64,000 nt of DNA from Lingula anatina (GCA_051362555.1 CM120640.1:60738788-60802787); one strand, 5' to 3'; positions 41,801-55,583 are shown, counted from the stretch's first letter. Numbers and translations are program-made. Notes: a model not told the origin generated them from the sequence alone.

Positions 41801-44800
41801 GTAAGAAAAGATTAAATGTGGCAAGGGGTTATTTATTTTTGAGATTATATGTTTGTTGTAGCGTATTGGTCTATTGTATTTTGTTCTGAAAATGTAATAC
41901 CTTGTTACACTTTTCTAACATGTCTTTAAAAGCATCTATTAGCACTAGATCATTTAAAATAGATAAGGGTTTATTAACCTGCATTTATTATTAAGTTACC
42001 CCTCTGATCTTTCACAAAGACAAATTTTATTATACCAATTTTACATTCAGTACATTAAAATGTTTGTCTTCCTCTTTGCTCACAGCAACAGTGCAGCTTG
42101 CACAACCATTTCCAAAGAAGATCTGCAAGAGTTTGAACGTCTTTGGAGCATTTTTATGTCATGCTTAGAAAGTTTAGAAAGCCATTTATGCAAAACTGTG
42201 ATGTTACAAAAAGCCTTTCCACTTCATCAAGGTGAGCATTGTCTAAAGAACAAAACATAACCTTTTTTTTTTAATCTTGTTTAATATTAATATTTATCTG
42301 TCATGTACTATAGAATCCATTTTATGTATTGAAGAAAAATGCATAATCTATTACAGCACATACTGGATTAGCAATGTGGATGATCAATTTTAGCAAAGAC
42401 TTGATTAGATTAGCTTCCTGTTAGCCTCCTGAGTAGCTTACAGCTAGAAACTGGGGCAACTTTAGACCCGTCTTCTGGTTCCAGACATTTTCTGAAATGT
42501 TTCTTTCTTAATTTCTTTAATTAAAGGCATACAATGCTTAGACCTTAAGAAAGCACAATATGAATTTTCCTGGAAATTACAGCAGGGTCCCTTTATTACT
42601 GAGGCATGCCCTAAACAAATTTGTTGAAAAAATTATGTTCCACAAACTCTTTTTCCAGTTAAAACCATTTTACCATCACAAGGGCCATGGGAAAGATAAA
42701 TTTTATATTTTTCATGTTTTTACCCTCAATAAATAAATTTTTTAAAAAGCAAGTGAAAGTCAACAGTTTTTGAGAGAACAGTTTCATTAGCTCTGTATGT
42801 ATAAATTCAAATTATTGTTTTTCTTAATAATAATTTGAATCAATAGTTTGTCTTCAGTGCAAAACTGACTCCAAAATACAAACTTGGAACTAAATTATTT
42901 TTTTATTGATCATAATTTGATATTGTATACCCTAATGATTAACAGGAGAGTATTGACATTTGTAGGAAAAACTAATTTTGAATGTGCTTTCAACCTTATC
43001 TGTCTGGATGAAAGTTTCTCTACCTTGCATGTATCCTTGAGCCCTGGAATTTATTCTTCATATATATTGACAAAATGCTGCATCTGTTGAAGATAATTGA
43101 ATTTTCTTTGAAAGTCAAATTTTAAGCTTAAGTGTTAACTTTATTGCAGATACAAATTTATTAAATTTTTCTGATGATATCATTTGCACCCTGTAATTAT
43201 TTTTGTTTTTTTCATGATTGGTTAATGTTGAGTAATTTAAACTACAAATTTATGACAGTCATTTGGGCAAGTCAAATAAGTGCTCTTCAATAAAGGAAAT
43301 CTGTTGTACTAATCATAATTTCCATAACCCCCCCCCCCCCCAAAAAAAAATAATAATAATAAACATAAAATAAAGAGGGAGTTGAAAAATATAACTACAA
43401 TTGACTTTATAAGGCAAGTACAGAAACATTAAAAGTATATACCCAGTCATGTCTTTTTTTATGTAATCATCAATACAATTAATGAAAGTGTTGTTCCATT
43501 CATTGAATGATGCCTGTAGCATTCTTCTTTTGTAAAGATTTGAGAATGTGGAACAATTTGGCATATTTCAAAGTATGTTTTAGTCAACATAAGTTTTTGT
43601 TTTCAGTTCAAATCTTCTTCTTTTTTTTTTTTTTTTTTTGCGACCCCAGTAATGCTCAAAGGTCTAGGAGCTTTATCAGATTTTTTTTATGAAAATGGTT
43701 CATTTTGTTTTGAAAAATATGGTCTTCTCCAGCCTCTGTTACTATAGACTTTCAAACAGATTGTCAGTGGCAATTTCTACCTGCTGGTTAGATTTTCTTA
43801 CACAACAATATCATTTGTTCTAAGTAGGAAACCTAGTGGAGCTGATAGCAACTGGCCTTTTAGAAGGAAATGTGGGACAAAATAAAAAACAGATTTCATA
43901 TATAGAAAGAACAGATACAGCTGCTGATAAAAAAGTATCAGAGAAAGAAGATTTGGATATTCTTGAGAGGTATGGTGACAATGAATACAAATAATGAAAA
44001 CAAAGATAATGAAAAAAGTGATGGTACAAGAAAGTAGTAAATTTTGGTGTAAGCTCAAGCGGTAATAATCCCATTTGTAGCTTGTGGTAGGAAAATCATT
44101 TAAAGAATTAATTACTGGAAATTTTATTTCATTATATGGAATTTTTTTTTTGCAGCTTTCTAAAATTGGAAGCTTATTATTTGTTTTGTTTTATTTAGAG
44201 ATGTCCTTGATTTTCGAGAAGTTTTGAATGAATGCTCTCAACTTGTAGACCACAAGCCTTGGACAGTAGAACCAGATCTTGAAACTGTGGAGACATGTAA
44301 GAAGCATAACTACGGCATATTAATAAATCCCCTTTATTGGAAGAAGAAAGAAGACATGATACATTAAACATACATTAAAGAATCTTTCCAAACAATTATG
44401 CTTTCTTGATCAATATATGATGTACATGCTGACTCTAAAACGGCCATAATTTTCACATACAAGTCCAAATAACAAACATAAAGCATTGAAGAAAAAATCA
44501 CAAAATTTATGTTTTTAGTGATGTTTTCCAATTTATTCCCTCTACCTTACATATTTTAGTCAAACCTCAGTTTTCTATTCTTTTATGTTTATAGCCAAGG
44601 TTACTAGACATTATCCTCCAACTGGGAAGCCAGAGAGGCTATACCTTGGAGTTCAAAGTAAAGTTGTCAAAAATAATCAAGGAAAAGTATTATTTTTGCT
44701 TAGATGTGTTATAGCCATTAAACCCACAGACAATGCACGATGTTGACATTTATGAACAAGAGTTGCCCATTAAAAAACATTGATTGATTATTGCAGTGTA

Positions 44801-46218
44801 TCGATCTTGCTCAGGAAGTGACGGTTCTTCAGTTGGAGGTGGTGCATCTGTGAGTGCATTTTTTTCTGATTGTACATGAAAGGAACCATTTATTATATAT
44901 GGATGGATAGAAGTGTTAGCACACTGAAGTTCTATGTAGGAAAAAAACAATTTTAACATAATAGCAGTATGTAAAATTCTTTGATGGGTATTTAATATAT
45001 CCTTTTTTATGTAATGAAAGGTTACAAGTTCCTTTATTTCTGAAAATTCAATGACACTTTCTTAATAACAAGGCGTAAACTACTTATTTCTGGTAAAAAT
45101 GGGAGCTCACTTTATACTCAGACAGAGACCACTAGTTTCTTCATTTGTATTACTTTTCAAAATATTAAATACTTACACTTGTTTGTAGCTCATTGACATT
45201 TCAATAATCTCATATGGCCAGGGATGGTACATCTACTTTAAAATGTCCAAACCTGCTAAAGATTTATCATCTTATTGCAATTAAGAACATTCAAGGAGTT
45301 ACCTGATTTGATCATTATTGAGCTTGAATGTATATGTATATTGATTAATGGGATAAGGAAAAGACGGATGTTCTTAAGTCATGCTAAGCTTACATACTGT
45401 GGACATATAGAACCATTAAATAAAAGCATTCTGCTTCTTTCAGTTGCTTGTAGAAACTAAAGCTGTGTTCCATCAAGATCCTTCAAATGTCCATTTTCAT
45501 CAAATGATGATACTTTACATCTCTCTAAGTTTTGGACAAATTAACAAATCAATGTACTTTAAATTAAATGGAAATTACAATTTTAATTTTAGTCTTAAAA
45601 GACTGGTACGTAAGTCCAATCTCTTGCGCTCACCTGTTTGCAAAGAAACCTCTGGATTGAACAGTGAAGATATAACTTTTTCATTGCTATATTATAAACA
45701 AATATTATATCAACAAATGTAACTAAAACTGAGGGATGCTTCAAGATGCATCTTTTCACTCATTTAAATTCACCTATGTTGTATTGCCCCATGTAATGGA
45801 GATGCACGCGAGCAAGATTACTATAATTAAATTGAAATTAGGGTCCTGATTGTCAACTTTTAATTCTGTTTGCACAGTTTCTGAAGCCCAAGCTATTGTA
45901 AGTGATGTTAGATACACAAGCATTTTGTAAGGCTGTAATGAATAGGGTTGTGACATTATGGTTTACGCCTTGTTATTATTCGTTTGTTCACATTTGCTGC
46001 TTCATTTCCTTTTTTTCTGTTGGTGTTTTTCAAATGCATGAAACAACCTAATGGACACATTCTTTATCTTTTGTTTCCAGGACACTGAACTTAGCAGTCA
46101 AAGCAGACGAAAGTGTATATGTTTGACCACAGTGGTGTTAGCCTGTGCTATAGTATTTGTGACAATCCTTGGAGTGTGTGTTGCACTTTTAGGGCATGAC
46201 ACTTCTGGTTCAACATAG
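38873..46218 (+). CDS. RGS9BP: RGS9-binding protein (R9AP)/R7BP family membrane anchor, 7 coding exons
   Basis: Exons 38873-38974, 40939-41105, 42086-42231, 43828-43969, 44199-44296, 44797-44849, 46081-46218 (intron phases 0,2,1,2,1,0). Motifs REDCIKLLKELSKYTAHY..L...LG...DNDSLRKELRRT, EFERLWSIFMSCLESLE, AFPLH, LIATG and PWTV, plus a C-terminal TM helix, parallel vertebrate R9AP (REECKALL, EFERLWVAFSGCLDLLE, AFPLH, RWTV). Confidence 0.85.
39229..40416 (+). mobile_element. Helentron-associated non-autonomous element (HINE-like) in an intron of the R9AP-like gene
   Basis: T-run, subterminal IR atgtacagacac / gtgtctgtacat, a (GTC)n microsatellite, internal diverged repeats, and the 3' end gtctgtacatttgacagcattgctgcctagtt. 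Homologous to 11838-12482. Confidence 0.7.
45063..45978. mobile_element. Putative non-autonomous TIR element filling most of the last intron of the R9AP-like gene
   Basis: Perfect 18-bp inverted repeat TAATAACAAGGCGTAAAC (45063-45080) / GTTTACGCCTTGTTATTA (45961-45978). No coding capacity is recognised between the repeats. Confidence 0.55.
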
Positions 46219-49200
46219 CAGATCCCTGAGGCATGAATTTTGTATACTTAAGTAAGTTTCCTTTTAAAACACTGCACTTCTAGTGCAGCACAGCAGTTCC
46301 AAGATATCTATTCAGTGCACTGGGAGCATACAGATGAGAGATGTTGGCATGATAGCAGTTCCTGCTCATTCATCCTGTATATACTGAGAGTGTAAAGCAA
46401 ATGCTTTTGGGTTATAGCAATTCTAGGGCAACAAAGCTCATCTAAGATATTTGTTATACAACATGGATATCTATCCATATACTGCGGTTTTGTGTTGTAT
46501 AACAATGTTATTATGCCTTGAATAAGTCAGACAAACCAGCAATAGCAAGGTATACGTTACATCCATTCATGCTTCTCACTGTGTCTATGACATACACATC
46601 ACTGGTGGCAATATATCTATTCCATATTTCTCACAATACTAAGAGTACAGCTGCATTGTTAGCTAGGGCATGTCACCCATGATGAACATTATGAATGTTT
46701 GTCACAGATCTTTGCAACATGATCGCTGCCACTATAGAAACTTTCTTATATTGGTTTGGAGCAAAAAAGTAGTCATTTGAATATTTAGTAGTATAAAATT
46801 TTGCACACATTATATAAACTGTAGGAAGACAGATTGGTAGAATTCAACCTATTGTTAAAGTGTGCAACATCTGACAGGATCTTATATAAAATATACAGAC
46901 ACTATGTATGTCTTTCTTGTCACTATAGCCATCAGTTCCTATAACTGCCAAACCATATGTTTTATTTTCAATTTACTGGGTAGCATTGTTTGGTTATTAA
47001 GTGTTCCTTTCAAAAATTAGCATGATTGGAATTTTTTACAAAAAAATTTGTTTTGTTTAAATGCCAAACTTTTTTGGTGTTTGGTTTTGGATCTGTGTCA
47101 GAAGATTGGTGAAAATAAATGCATTCTTTTAAAATTGCATCTGCATATTCAAGTATGTTGGATTATAGAGTCAAACCAATTGAGCATATACATAAAAACC
47201 CTATTGATTAATTACACTGTATCCCCTATGCAGCACATGTATACTTATGGAAACCATAAACCATATGTTGAAACCAGAGTTGGCTGGAAAGCAGTGCATC
47301 AGTCGTCGAATGGTGACTATGGGATTTGTACTCCTTGTGTATGAGTAACGGGCACTGAGATTAAAACTGAGTGTGTTGGTTCATTGAAACAGATGTTAAT
47401 GACTATCGGGATAATTGATGAGGTGGTATGAAGCTGCAGTGTCATTTCAGATTAATTGATCACATGAAATGTGGCAATTAATTTACGCCAAAATGTTATT
47501 AAGGGCAAACCATGATAGATATTTGTTCATGTATATTTGTTATAATATGAAATATGCATATTACCTGTTTTGAACACTAAGATCTCATAAGTTAGATCAT
47601 TAGAATATATCAAAGGAGAACATACATAAGATCTCAAAGAGAAGTAAAGTGTGCTAAAATTTCATTGTCCATGCTTATGTGGCACAACACTATTCATTGT
47701 CAAAGCTCTTACAACATAGTTTATGAGAAGAATGCCATTTTAAGCAACAGAATTTATCTTAAAAAAAGCAATTGACATTTTTTAATGTGTTTAACATACC
47801 ATTATTGTAGATCTGTTAAATAGCTGGAATAAGTCCATTGTAATCTATTTGACTGTAGCTTTAGGTAAAAAAGTAGAATATGAACTATGCCCCCAGAGTG
47901 CCTCAAAATAATGCACAGAACAAGCATAATCTGTTGTAATTATAGCAATACTGAATATAAATCTAGGATACTGGAAAAAAAACAAGATAAATGGTATGAT
48001 TATTTTGTCAGGAATATTGCATGTTACCTATTTAACAAATTCCTGTATTTACAATCACAATAAAAGACAATACACTGGAACACCAAAATGGATCTGTATC
48101 TTTTTTTTTTCTCTTCCTAAATATGTGGAGGTCCTTTTTGATATAAATGATACACTCCATGTCCTGCTTGTGGAACTGAAGCTAGAGATGTTGGAATTTG
48201 AACAGTATTTATCTTTGATAATTTCATTTTCTTCAAAGATTATTTACTTTTCATTTTTTGAAAACCTTTATTCCTGTATTACACACATATAATTATACAG
48301 TAAATTTAGCACCTTACCAATAAGCTAAACACAAACAAAACATCAACCAATATTGTATACAATTAAGATAACAACAAAAGGAATACAATGATATCATATA
48401 ATTTAATTTGGGAGAAAATTCAATTTAAAAAAAAAACAAAAAACAGTTTCCGATAAAACTGACAAGGAAACATATTGTGACCTTTTATAACTCTTGAAGA
48501 TAAAAATAAAAAATATATATATTGCACAGCAACTAAATATTGCACAAAATCATTTAAACCAATCTTTAAATGAATAACCAAAATATTGCAAATGATTTTG
48601 ATTGTATTACATAACACTTATGCTGATAGTAAATAAGTGACCTTGCTGGACAACAAATTATTGCTAAATATTCTGCAAAAAAAGTCCCTGACAATGCTTA
48701 TACGTAACATTTCTGTCTTACAAAAATATAATAAATAGAAATTTTCTATAGAAGAACAAGCATTCAAAACAACAGAACTATAAGCATCGAATTTAACTCA
48801 ATTAAAATTATGTTGAATTTTTAATTAATAAAATTTTAAATCTATCCAAGTACTAACAGTAACGGTATGTAAAGCATATTAACCCTAACCCCCACCCTCA
48901 AAGCACCTTATTGTAGTTTATGGCACAATTAAGTAGATATTATATCAGCTCAATATAACCACTTGTATAAATCATTAGCATTACATCAAGAAATCACTGG
49001 AATGTTTGGATTTTTATTATTTATGAAAAAAAATGCTGCCTATCAAAACAATCACACAAAAAGCTGCTACAGACATTTTCAACTGAAGACATCACAAAAA
49101 ATTTCTCTACAAACAGACAGCTACCTACATTTGAGGACTGCTGTTACTGCAGAAATGTCAAATGTTACCATATAAAATATGCTATATATTTCTTCTTTAT

Positions 49201-49542
49201 GGAATAAGTGTATTTTAAAAAGACCGAAAAGAACTCAATTTGATGTAAGTCACTTAAATTCCTAGAAATAGAACATAAAACTATTTTCTGATTGCTCAAA
49301 GTGTCAATTTTTATAAAACTCATCAGTAGCCTGCTCTACTGCTAGCCAGTTCAGTTAAATACTCACGAGTTTAATTTTCTTCGTATTTTATATGACATAT
49401 AATTAACTTAACTTTAATTTTGTCGGCTAAAAAATCAATTGTTGAGATATTCCATGTACAACTTGTGGTGAAGTTCATGAAAAACTCATGAAAAACTGTC
49501 CTTTGTCATGGTCATGCAGAGGTTTTTCCATACACAGTTTCA

Positions 49543-52073
49543 TTATATCCTGATATGAAAAGTTCTGAAAAAAAGGTAAAAAAATTAGAAAAACTAAAGG
49601 CCTACTTGGTTTCCACAGACAATGTAAATGTGTGTGCATACAATGCACTCTCACAAAAAGACACAATGCATACGACAGATGAATATCAGAGCTCTTTTTC
49701 TTTTCACACAAAAAGACACAATGCATACGTCAGATGAATATCAGAGCTCTTTTTCTTTTCAATCTTTTTCTTATACTTAATCAGCCCTGAAACCATCTTA
49801 GTGACAGTCTAAGTGACTGTGGTATGGCAATGTATTTTGATCCATCTGTTTAACTATCTTATACATGTGTATGTGTGTGCATACATAGAGGGAATTATAA
49901 TTGAAATGATTCCCTATTTAGTGGCTTCATTTTGCTGGTACGTATAATTTGCTCTTTATGTCAATAACTTTCCTTTGTTTGACATGCTTACATGCTTTGT
50001 TACATAGAATTCAACAATATTCCTCTTTTTCTTAATCAGAACATAATATTAAACAATGCATTATTGCCATAAAAATATTCTAAACCTTCACTTACCCTAG
50101 GAAATCCGGAGCTCTGGAGATAACGTGTTCAAACTCTACATAAGACAGCTTGCCATCATCATCCAAGTCAGCCTCTTCCATCACCTTTTAATTTAAAAAT
50201 GTTGCACTGTTTACAACACCTTTATGCATATTGTTACATATTTAACAAAGCACCACCAAAAGTATGTAAATCCCTAAAAAGTTTTCACTAACGATTTTAA
50301 TTTCATTTGCTATTTAATATGTATTTATTATTTATTTATTTTTTGAGAGGGAAACCTGACACCTTGACTTATATCACCAATAGAATTTGGTGCTCATGAT
50401 CATCTTGCTTAAAAGAAGATTGATGACTAGTATTCGGTCTATTATTAGTTATGTTATAACACCTACCTTCTCACACACAAGATCTACTTCCTCAGAAGTC
50501 AGCTCATTCCTGGTCAAACATCCCAGTGTCCTCTCCAGGTCATGTTTTCCCAAAAAGTTGTCTCCATCAAAATCTAGAAATACAGACATTAAATACAAAG
50601 TATCCTATATGATAAAACTACCTTAGGAACTATCTTTTTTAACATGTAAATCAAGCAATCTGCCATTTAAAAAAAAATTTAAGATTCTGTTCTCAGTCTG
50701 ACGTTTAGCAAAATGCTATATATTATCAGCATAATTCAATCTTTAATAGAGCCTACCATATATCCTAAAGGCATAAACTGATTTCAAATCCCTAGGAGCT
50801 GCCTCACTAAACACTGAGAACATGTCAAGGAAATCATCAAAGGTCATGTTACCACGGCCATCTTCAGAAAACACTTCACAAATTCTACGACGGAATGGGT
50901 TTTCCTAGAACATATACAAATTATGCAATCAATTAAAAAAAAATTTCAAAATATAAAATTTTTAAAATATAAAAACCTTCCAACTGTCTACAAAATGTCT
51001 ACTGCCATTATCTTTCACTTGCTGGTTTTAGAGATGATTTTCTGACAGGCTCTTTATGATTATTTGAAAATTCTAATCAGTTTATATTCAATTAATTTTC
51101 AACCATCTAGTCTACATACATAACCAAAGATAGAAAATGTTCAATGTACCCTCAGTTCCTGCATCTTTTCCACCTCTTCAAAAGGCACTCTGATGGTATG
51201 GGCTTCATTGTGGGTCATATCCTTTGGAACTCCCTCAGAATAAAGCTCTCTGAAGCGATGAAAGATCCTGAAAAAATGGATGAAAATGTTTGTATTTTTA
51301 ACATAACTGAGAAGTCTTTTTATGAATCTAAACAACTCTTTGACTTTTTAAAACAATAAGTTTTATCCTACAAAACATTTATGAATGCCAAAGACAAGAT
51401 GCCATTCACAAACAATTGCTGTTTTATTAAAGTAACTGGACACTGCGACTTGTCATGTACATGTATAATGAATTAATGATAATGTAAAAATGTAAATAGT
51501 ATCTTACCTCAATATTTCTTTTCTGGTGAAAAAGCTGCAATCCTAAAATAAAAAAAAAATGTTGAATGATTCCCTAAAGGTGTTTGATCGTGTTCCACAA
51601 AATAATTCAAACATTTTTGAAGTGGATAGAAGTGTCAGGTGATATTCCACCAGGTCCTGTACTGTGTCCCTTGCTATATGTGACATACACTTCTGCACTT
51701 AATGCTTGCTCGATACAGCAGCAAATGGATCTGTACTGTGTCATCTTCCTATTTCAAATGACACCAATATATCTACCGTACCAGTAAATTAGAAAAGTGT
51801 TCAAGGAAGAGGTCTGGGGGCTCTATAAACAACTGACCAATTTAAGTTAGTTATTCAAAGAAACCAAAAGTTTACTGATAAAACAGAATCCAGACGAAAA
51901 GCCTATGAAAATCCCAATTAAAAAGTTAGTTCACATTTTTTTAAAAAATTAAAGATTCTTAACAGTGACTTGTCACTTAGATGATATCTCGAGTTTTCGA
52001 CACAACTTCATTATAACTTTACCTGGTATGCAACAAGCTGTTCGTCCGTGAAAGTTGTCTGCTTATTTCCCAT
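49543..52073 (-). CDS. CIB2: Calcium- and integrin-binding family member 2/3 (EF-hand protein), 7 exons
   Basis: Exons 52073-52023, 51542-51508, 51267-51150, 50904-50757, 50573-50467, 50184-50096, 49564-49543: [28 protein letters not shown]...[16 protein letters not shown]...AFRIYDFDGD...[11 protein letters not shown]...APDFLGTFHIRI*. It is a co-ortholog of vertebrate CIB2 and CIB3. Confidence 0.95.
49652..49761. repeat. Tandem duplication of about 55 bp in the last CIB intron
   Basis: cacaaaaagacacaatgcatacg(a/t)cagatgaatatcagagctctttttcttttca occurs twice. Confidence 0.9.
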
Positions 52074-52466
52074 TATAATTTATGATAATAAAGATTTAAA
52101 TCACATATGAAAATGTGTAGACTCTAATTATCTCAAAAATATGTCAATAAATGACTGTCGTCCAAATTTTATTTTTTCAAAGTTCTTGCTGCTGTAAGTG
52201 GGTCGTTATTCACAAGTATCTATCGGTGTTCACGAAAAAGGCCAAAATAAACCTGTAATGTATGCATAAAATGAAATATGACGTGCCTAAAACATTTATT
52301 TAGTTCCCTCATCAATATAATCTATCCAGTATACATGTGTATACTCTATGTTATGTATCTACTAACGACAACCGCAAAACAGCTATAGCAACATATAAAC
52401 TTCCGGACAGCTGAGGGATGAGCTGCTGCTAATTTTAAACGTCTCTGCATTGCATTTTAGTGAGAT
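52074..52466. promoter_or_regulatory. Putative bidirectional promoter CIB2/3 / LRRC61
   Basis: The divergent ATGs are 394 bp apart. An X-box-like ACAGCTATAGCAAC (about 52379-52392; reverse strand GTTGCTATAGCTGT) lies next to the ETS motif ACTTCCGG (52399-52406). Confidence 0.55.
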
Positions 52467-53722
52467 ATGGAGGGAGGAAGCGGTAAGAACGCTTCCTTAT
52501 CTCTTAGAGTCAGGGATAATGGGGGAATCTGGTGTCTTTTGCAATAATCAATTATTTTGAAAATGGGACCAGATACTAAAATTGTCTTAGACTTAGTGTA
52601 TCTTGAATATCTACACGTTAGCTCTCCTTTTTATTGGTATCGTAAGTTCTAGAACACAAAAAGTAAAAAAGGATTGATACAAATGAATTGTTATATGCGA
52701 TGAACATGGAAGAGAGCAAGGCCCTACAACAGTGAGACAAAAACTAAAATGATTCATGTGCCAAGTTTTATTTTTATTTAGGAATGAACAAACAGTTATT
52801 AAAATGGCATTCCGCTGTAGAAAACATGCATTTCACTATGGATAGAAATACATAAATATTGGATTATTTACTGCTAGAGACCTAACAAGCATAATCAATC
52901 TTATCAAATATATAAAAATTTGTTTCCGGGGTGTATAGCGGTTTTAGTATTTGCTTACAATTAAGTTCTAATTTTATTTTGCTGTGCGTTTACACTGCAG
53001 CCACTGTCATTACCAGACAGATGATGAAGAGCCAAAGCAGAGAATTTGATTTAGAAAGTATTCATTCATTGTCTTTGAGAAGTCAAAGTGAGTAAAAACA
53101 GTTGTATTTTGATAACACTTGATTTTACTTATAAAAAGGTAGATTGATTTATTTGTTAAATACTACGTTTTATTCCTTACTACAGCACATTTGCTTTACA
53201 TGCAACTTGTACAATGTACATAGTATATGTATGTGAGTGATATAGGTGCATCAAAAGACAGAAAGCTCATATTGTATGATATATACCCTCCATATATTTA
53301 GGGGCTTGTCAACACTATTGATATCTACTAGTTGATGCAGATGATGATATTTTGACACAAATGCAGTGTAAATAAATATCACAACAAGAATTTGATAAAC
53401 CATTGCTCTTCCTTTTTTTGTAATACACTGGTTATTTTCTTTCAGATATTAGTGGTCTCGGCTGTCTGGGAGAGTGTGTTGGATTGGAAAGACTGGACCT
53501 GTCCTTCAACGATGTAACAAAGCTGTTTTCATTAGCAGGACTTACCAACCTAGTATATCTCAACCTAGCAGCAAATAGGATATCTTCGCTAGGCAAGTAT
53601 TTACTTTAATTATTCTTTACTATAAGTCTGATAGCAGATATAAGGGGGAAGAGGTGGTGACCAAGATATTGGGCCCCTCCCTTCTTGATATTCTAAATCT
53701 GTCTGTCTGTCTGTCTGTTACA

Positions 53723-53765
<43 letters not shown>

Positions 53766-55020
53766 TTAAGCACAGTTTTAATAACTACAACTCCAAATTT
53801 TCAGATGGTTTACAGTCGCTGGACAACTTGCAGAAACTAAACTTGGCAGGAAATTTGATAGGGAGGTACTTACAAAATATAATTCCTAACATCCTATCTT
53901 CATTCATTAAAAGCTGTATTTAGCTGTATTTATTTAATAATTTGATTTCTCTAGCACACAAAAGGATACATTTCTAAATTACCAAAAATAACATTTTAAC
54001 TTGCCTGTATGCTACCTATGTAAAAAATGTCTAAGTTACTAATTTTACAGTGTTTTACTGTTTTGAAGAAGAATAATAACATATTTCTATACAGTATAAT
54101 TCAGATATTTTTTCAATGTAACAGTTTAGATACTCTTCGCTGCCTGAGCTGCCTAGAGAAGTTGAGAGATCTGAGGCTCCAGGATACAACCAGTGGTCTA
54201 AGCAACCCTATATGTATGAATGTCACCTATAAATCTGATGTAACAACCATGCTGCCTATACTTGTGATTCTAGACGGTATGGAATTTTGTGATATACTTG
54301 TTGCTCATCATGAATGTTTAAGTAATGTACAAAAACTCGTTGTTGACAGAGTCAAAGTATGATCAGTTTGATTGTGATAATAGTTGAAAATCAGAGTTAG
54401 AAAAGAACCTGTTTTTTATTGGTAAGGATAAAAGCCAGATTTGTAATATATATTTTCTCCACTATCAAATTTTTGTATTTTCAATAGGTGAAAGGTTGAA
54501 GGGCAGAGGAAGTGATCTATTCAAACTCTACGAGCAATTAGATGAAGAACTTAAAGGTAAATTAATCTTCTAGAAAAATACACAAGAAAATATAGCTAAA
54601 TATTTTCACCCCAACTTCTCATCAATCTTTTTAGAAGTAATGGTAAGCAGCAAGACATTTAATTTCTTTATCTCTCTCTCTCTTTTTTTTTTTCTTTTTG
54701 CTTTACAAGAATCTAACGAGACTCCTAGAGGAGCGGAAGACTTGGGTGGGGCTGGTTCCTGGGTTCCATCAGATTTTTGGGACAAAAGAAACACATCACC
54801 ACAAAAGGCAGTCTTACTGGATGCAGAGCAGCAGCTCAGAGGTAGTAGCTCATTTACTTTGTATTCAAATTAGATAACTCAAACTTATGATGCTCAAAAA
54901 TGAAGTGGGATCCTTAAAAGTGACATAGCTGTGATTGATATTTCAGAGTTGCTGAAAAATTGTGAAGATTTGTCCAAATCAGCTGCTGGCAAAATACAAG
55001 AATGGGAAGAAAATAGGTGA
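52467..55020 (+). CDS. LRRC61: Leucine-rich repeat-containing protein 61, 8 exons (intron 3 is GC-AG)
   Basis: Exons 52467-52482, 53001-53087, 53446-53592, 53805-53865, 54125-54276, 54488-54556, 54710-54841, 54947-55020. EFDLESI..L.LR, LGCLGECVGLERLDLSFN, LSNPIC and LDGERLKGRGS match human LRRC61. Confidence 0.92.
53699..53765. repeat. (CTGT)n plus (ATT)n microsatellite
   Basis: ctgtctgtctgtctgtctgt followed by about 14 tta units inside LRRC61 intron 3. Confidence 0.95.
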
Positions 55021-55449
55021 TGAATATGAAAGTGGAACCAGAAGTACTTGGATGAAAGTATTTCTTCCAAAGTTAAATTTATCATTTAGCAAAACTTCAA
55101 CTACAAAGATTTGAGTGATATTTCTATATTTTCATACATATATTTTTGTTCACCAGGAATATATGTATGAAAATTGAAAGCCATCTATGCCCCTCGTGGT
55201 AAATATGAGCCTACTGCAGGTTCAGTGATCAGTAACCTAAGCTGAAATCTCCTGCTTGTGGCCCTAATGCAGCAGTTATTGCAAGGGGAGTTTATTTTGA
55301 TTTCCACAGCTTAAGTTTAATGTATGATGAACATTTTTCAGTTGAAGTTCTTGAATGTTATCCTGCAAGAATCTGTATATTTTTTCCCAATAATGTACAT
55401 CATGCCTTCTTAAATAGCTCAAACTTTTAAATGTTAATGATAATAACAT

Positions 55450-55583
55450 CATGGGTGAAAGTTTCCAGGTTATGCCCGATTTCAGGATTTTAATGCTTAA
55501 TTTTGATAATTTTCATAGGGTCTAAATGCAATGAGAAATTGCAAGGTATGTTTTCAGGATTTTCATTTTTCACAACTCACCCA
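55450..55583. mobile_element. Degenerate short MITE remnant
   Basis: Termini tgggtga...tcaccca with repeated internal ttcaggatttt blocks. Confidence 0.35.
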
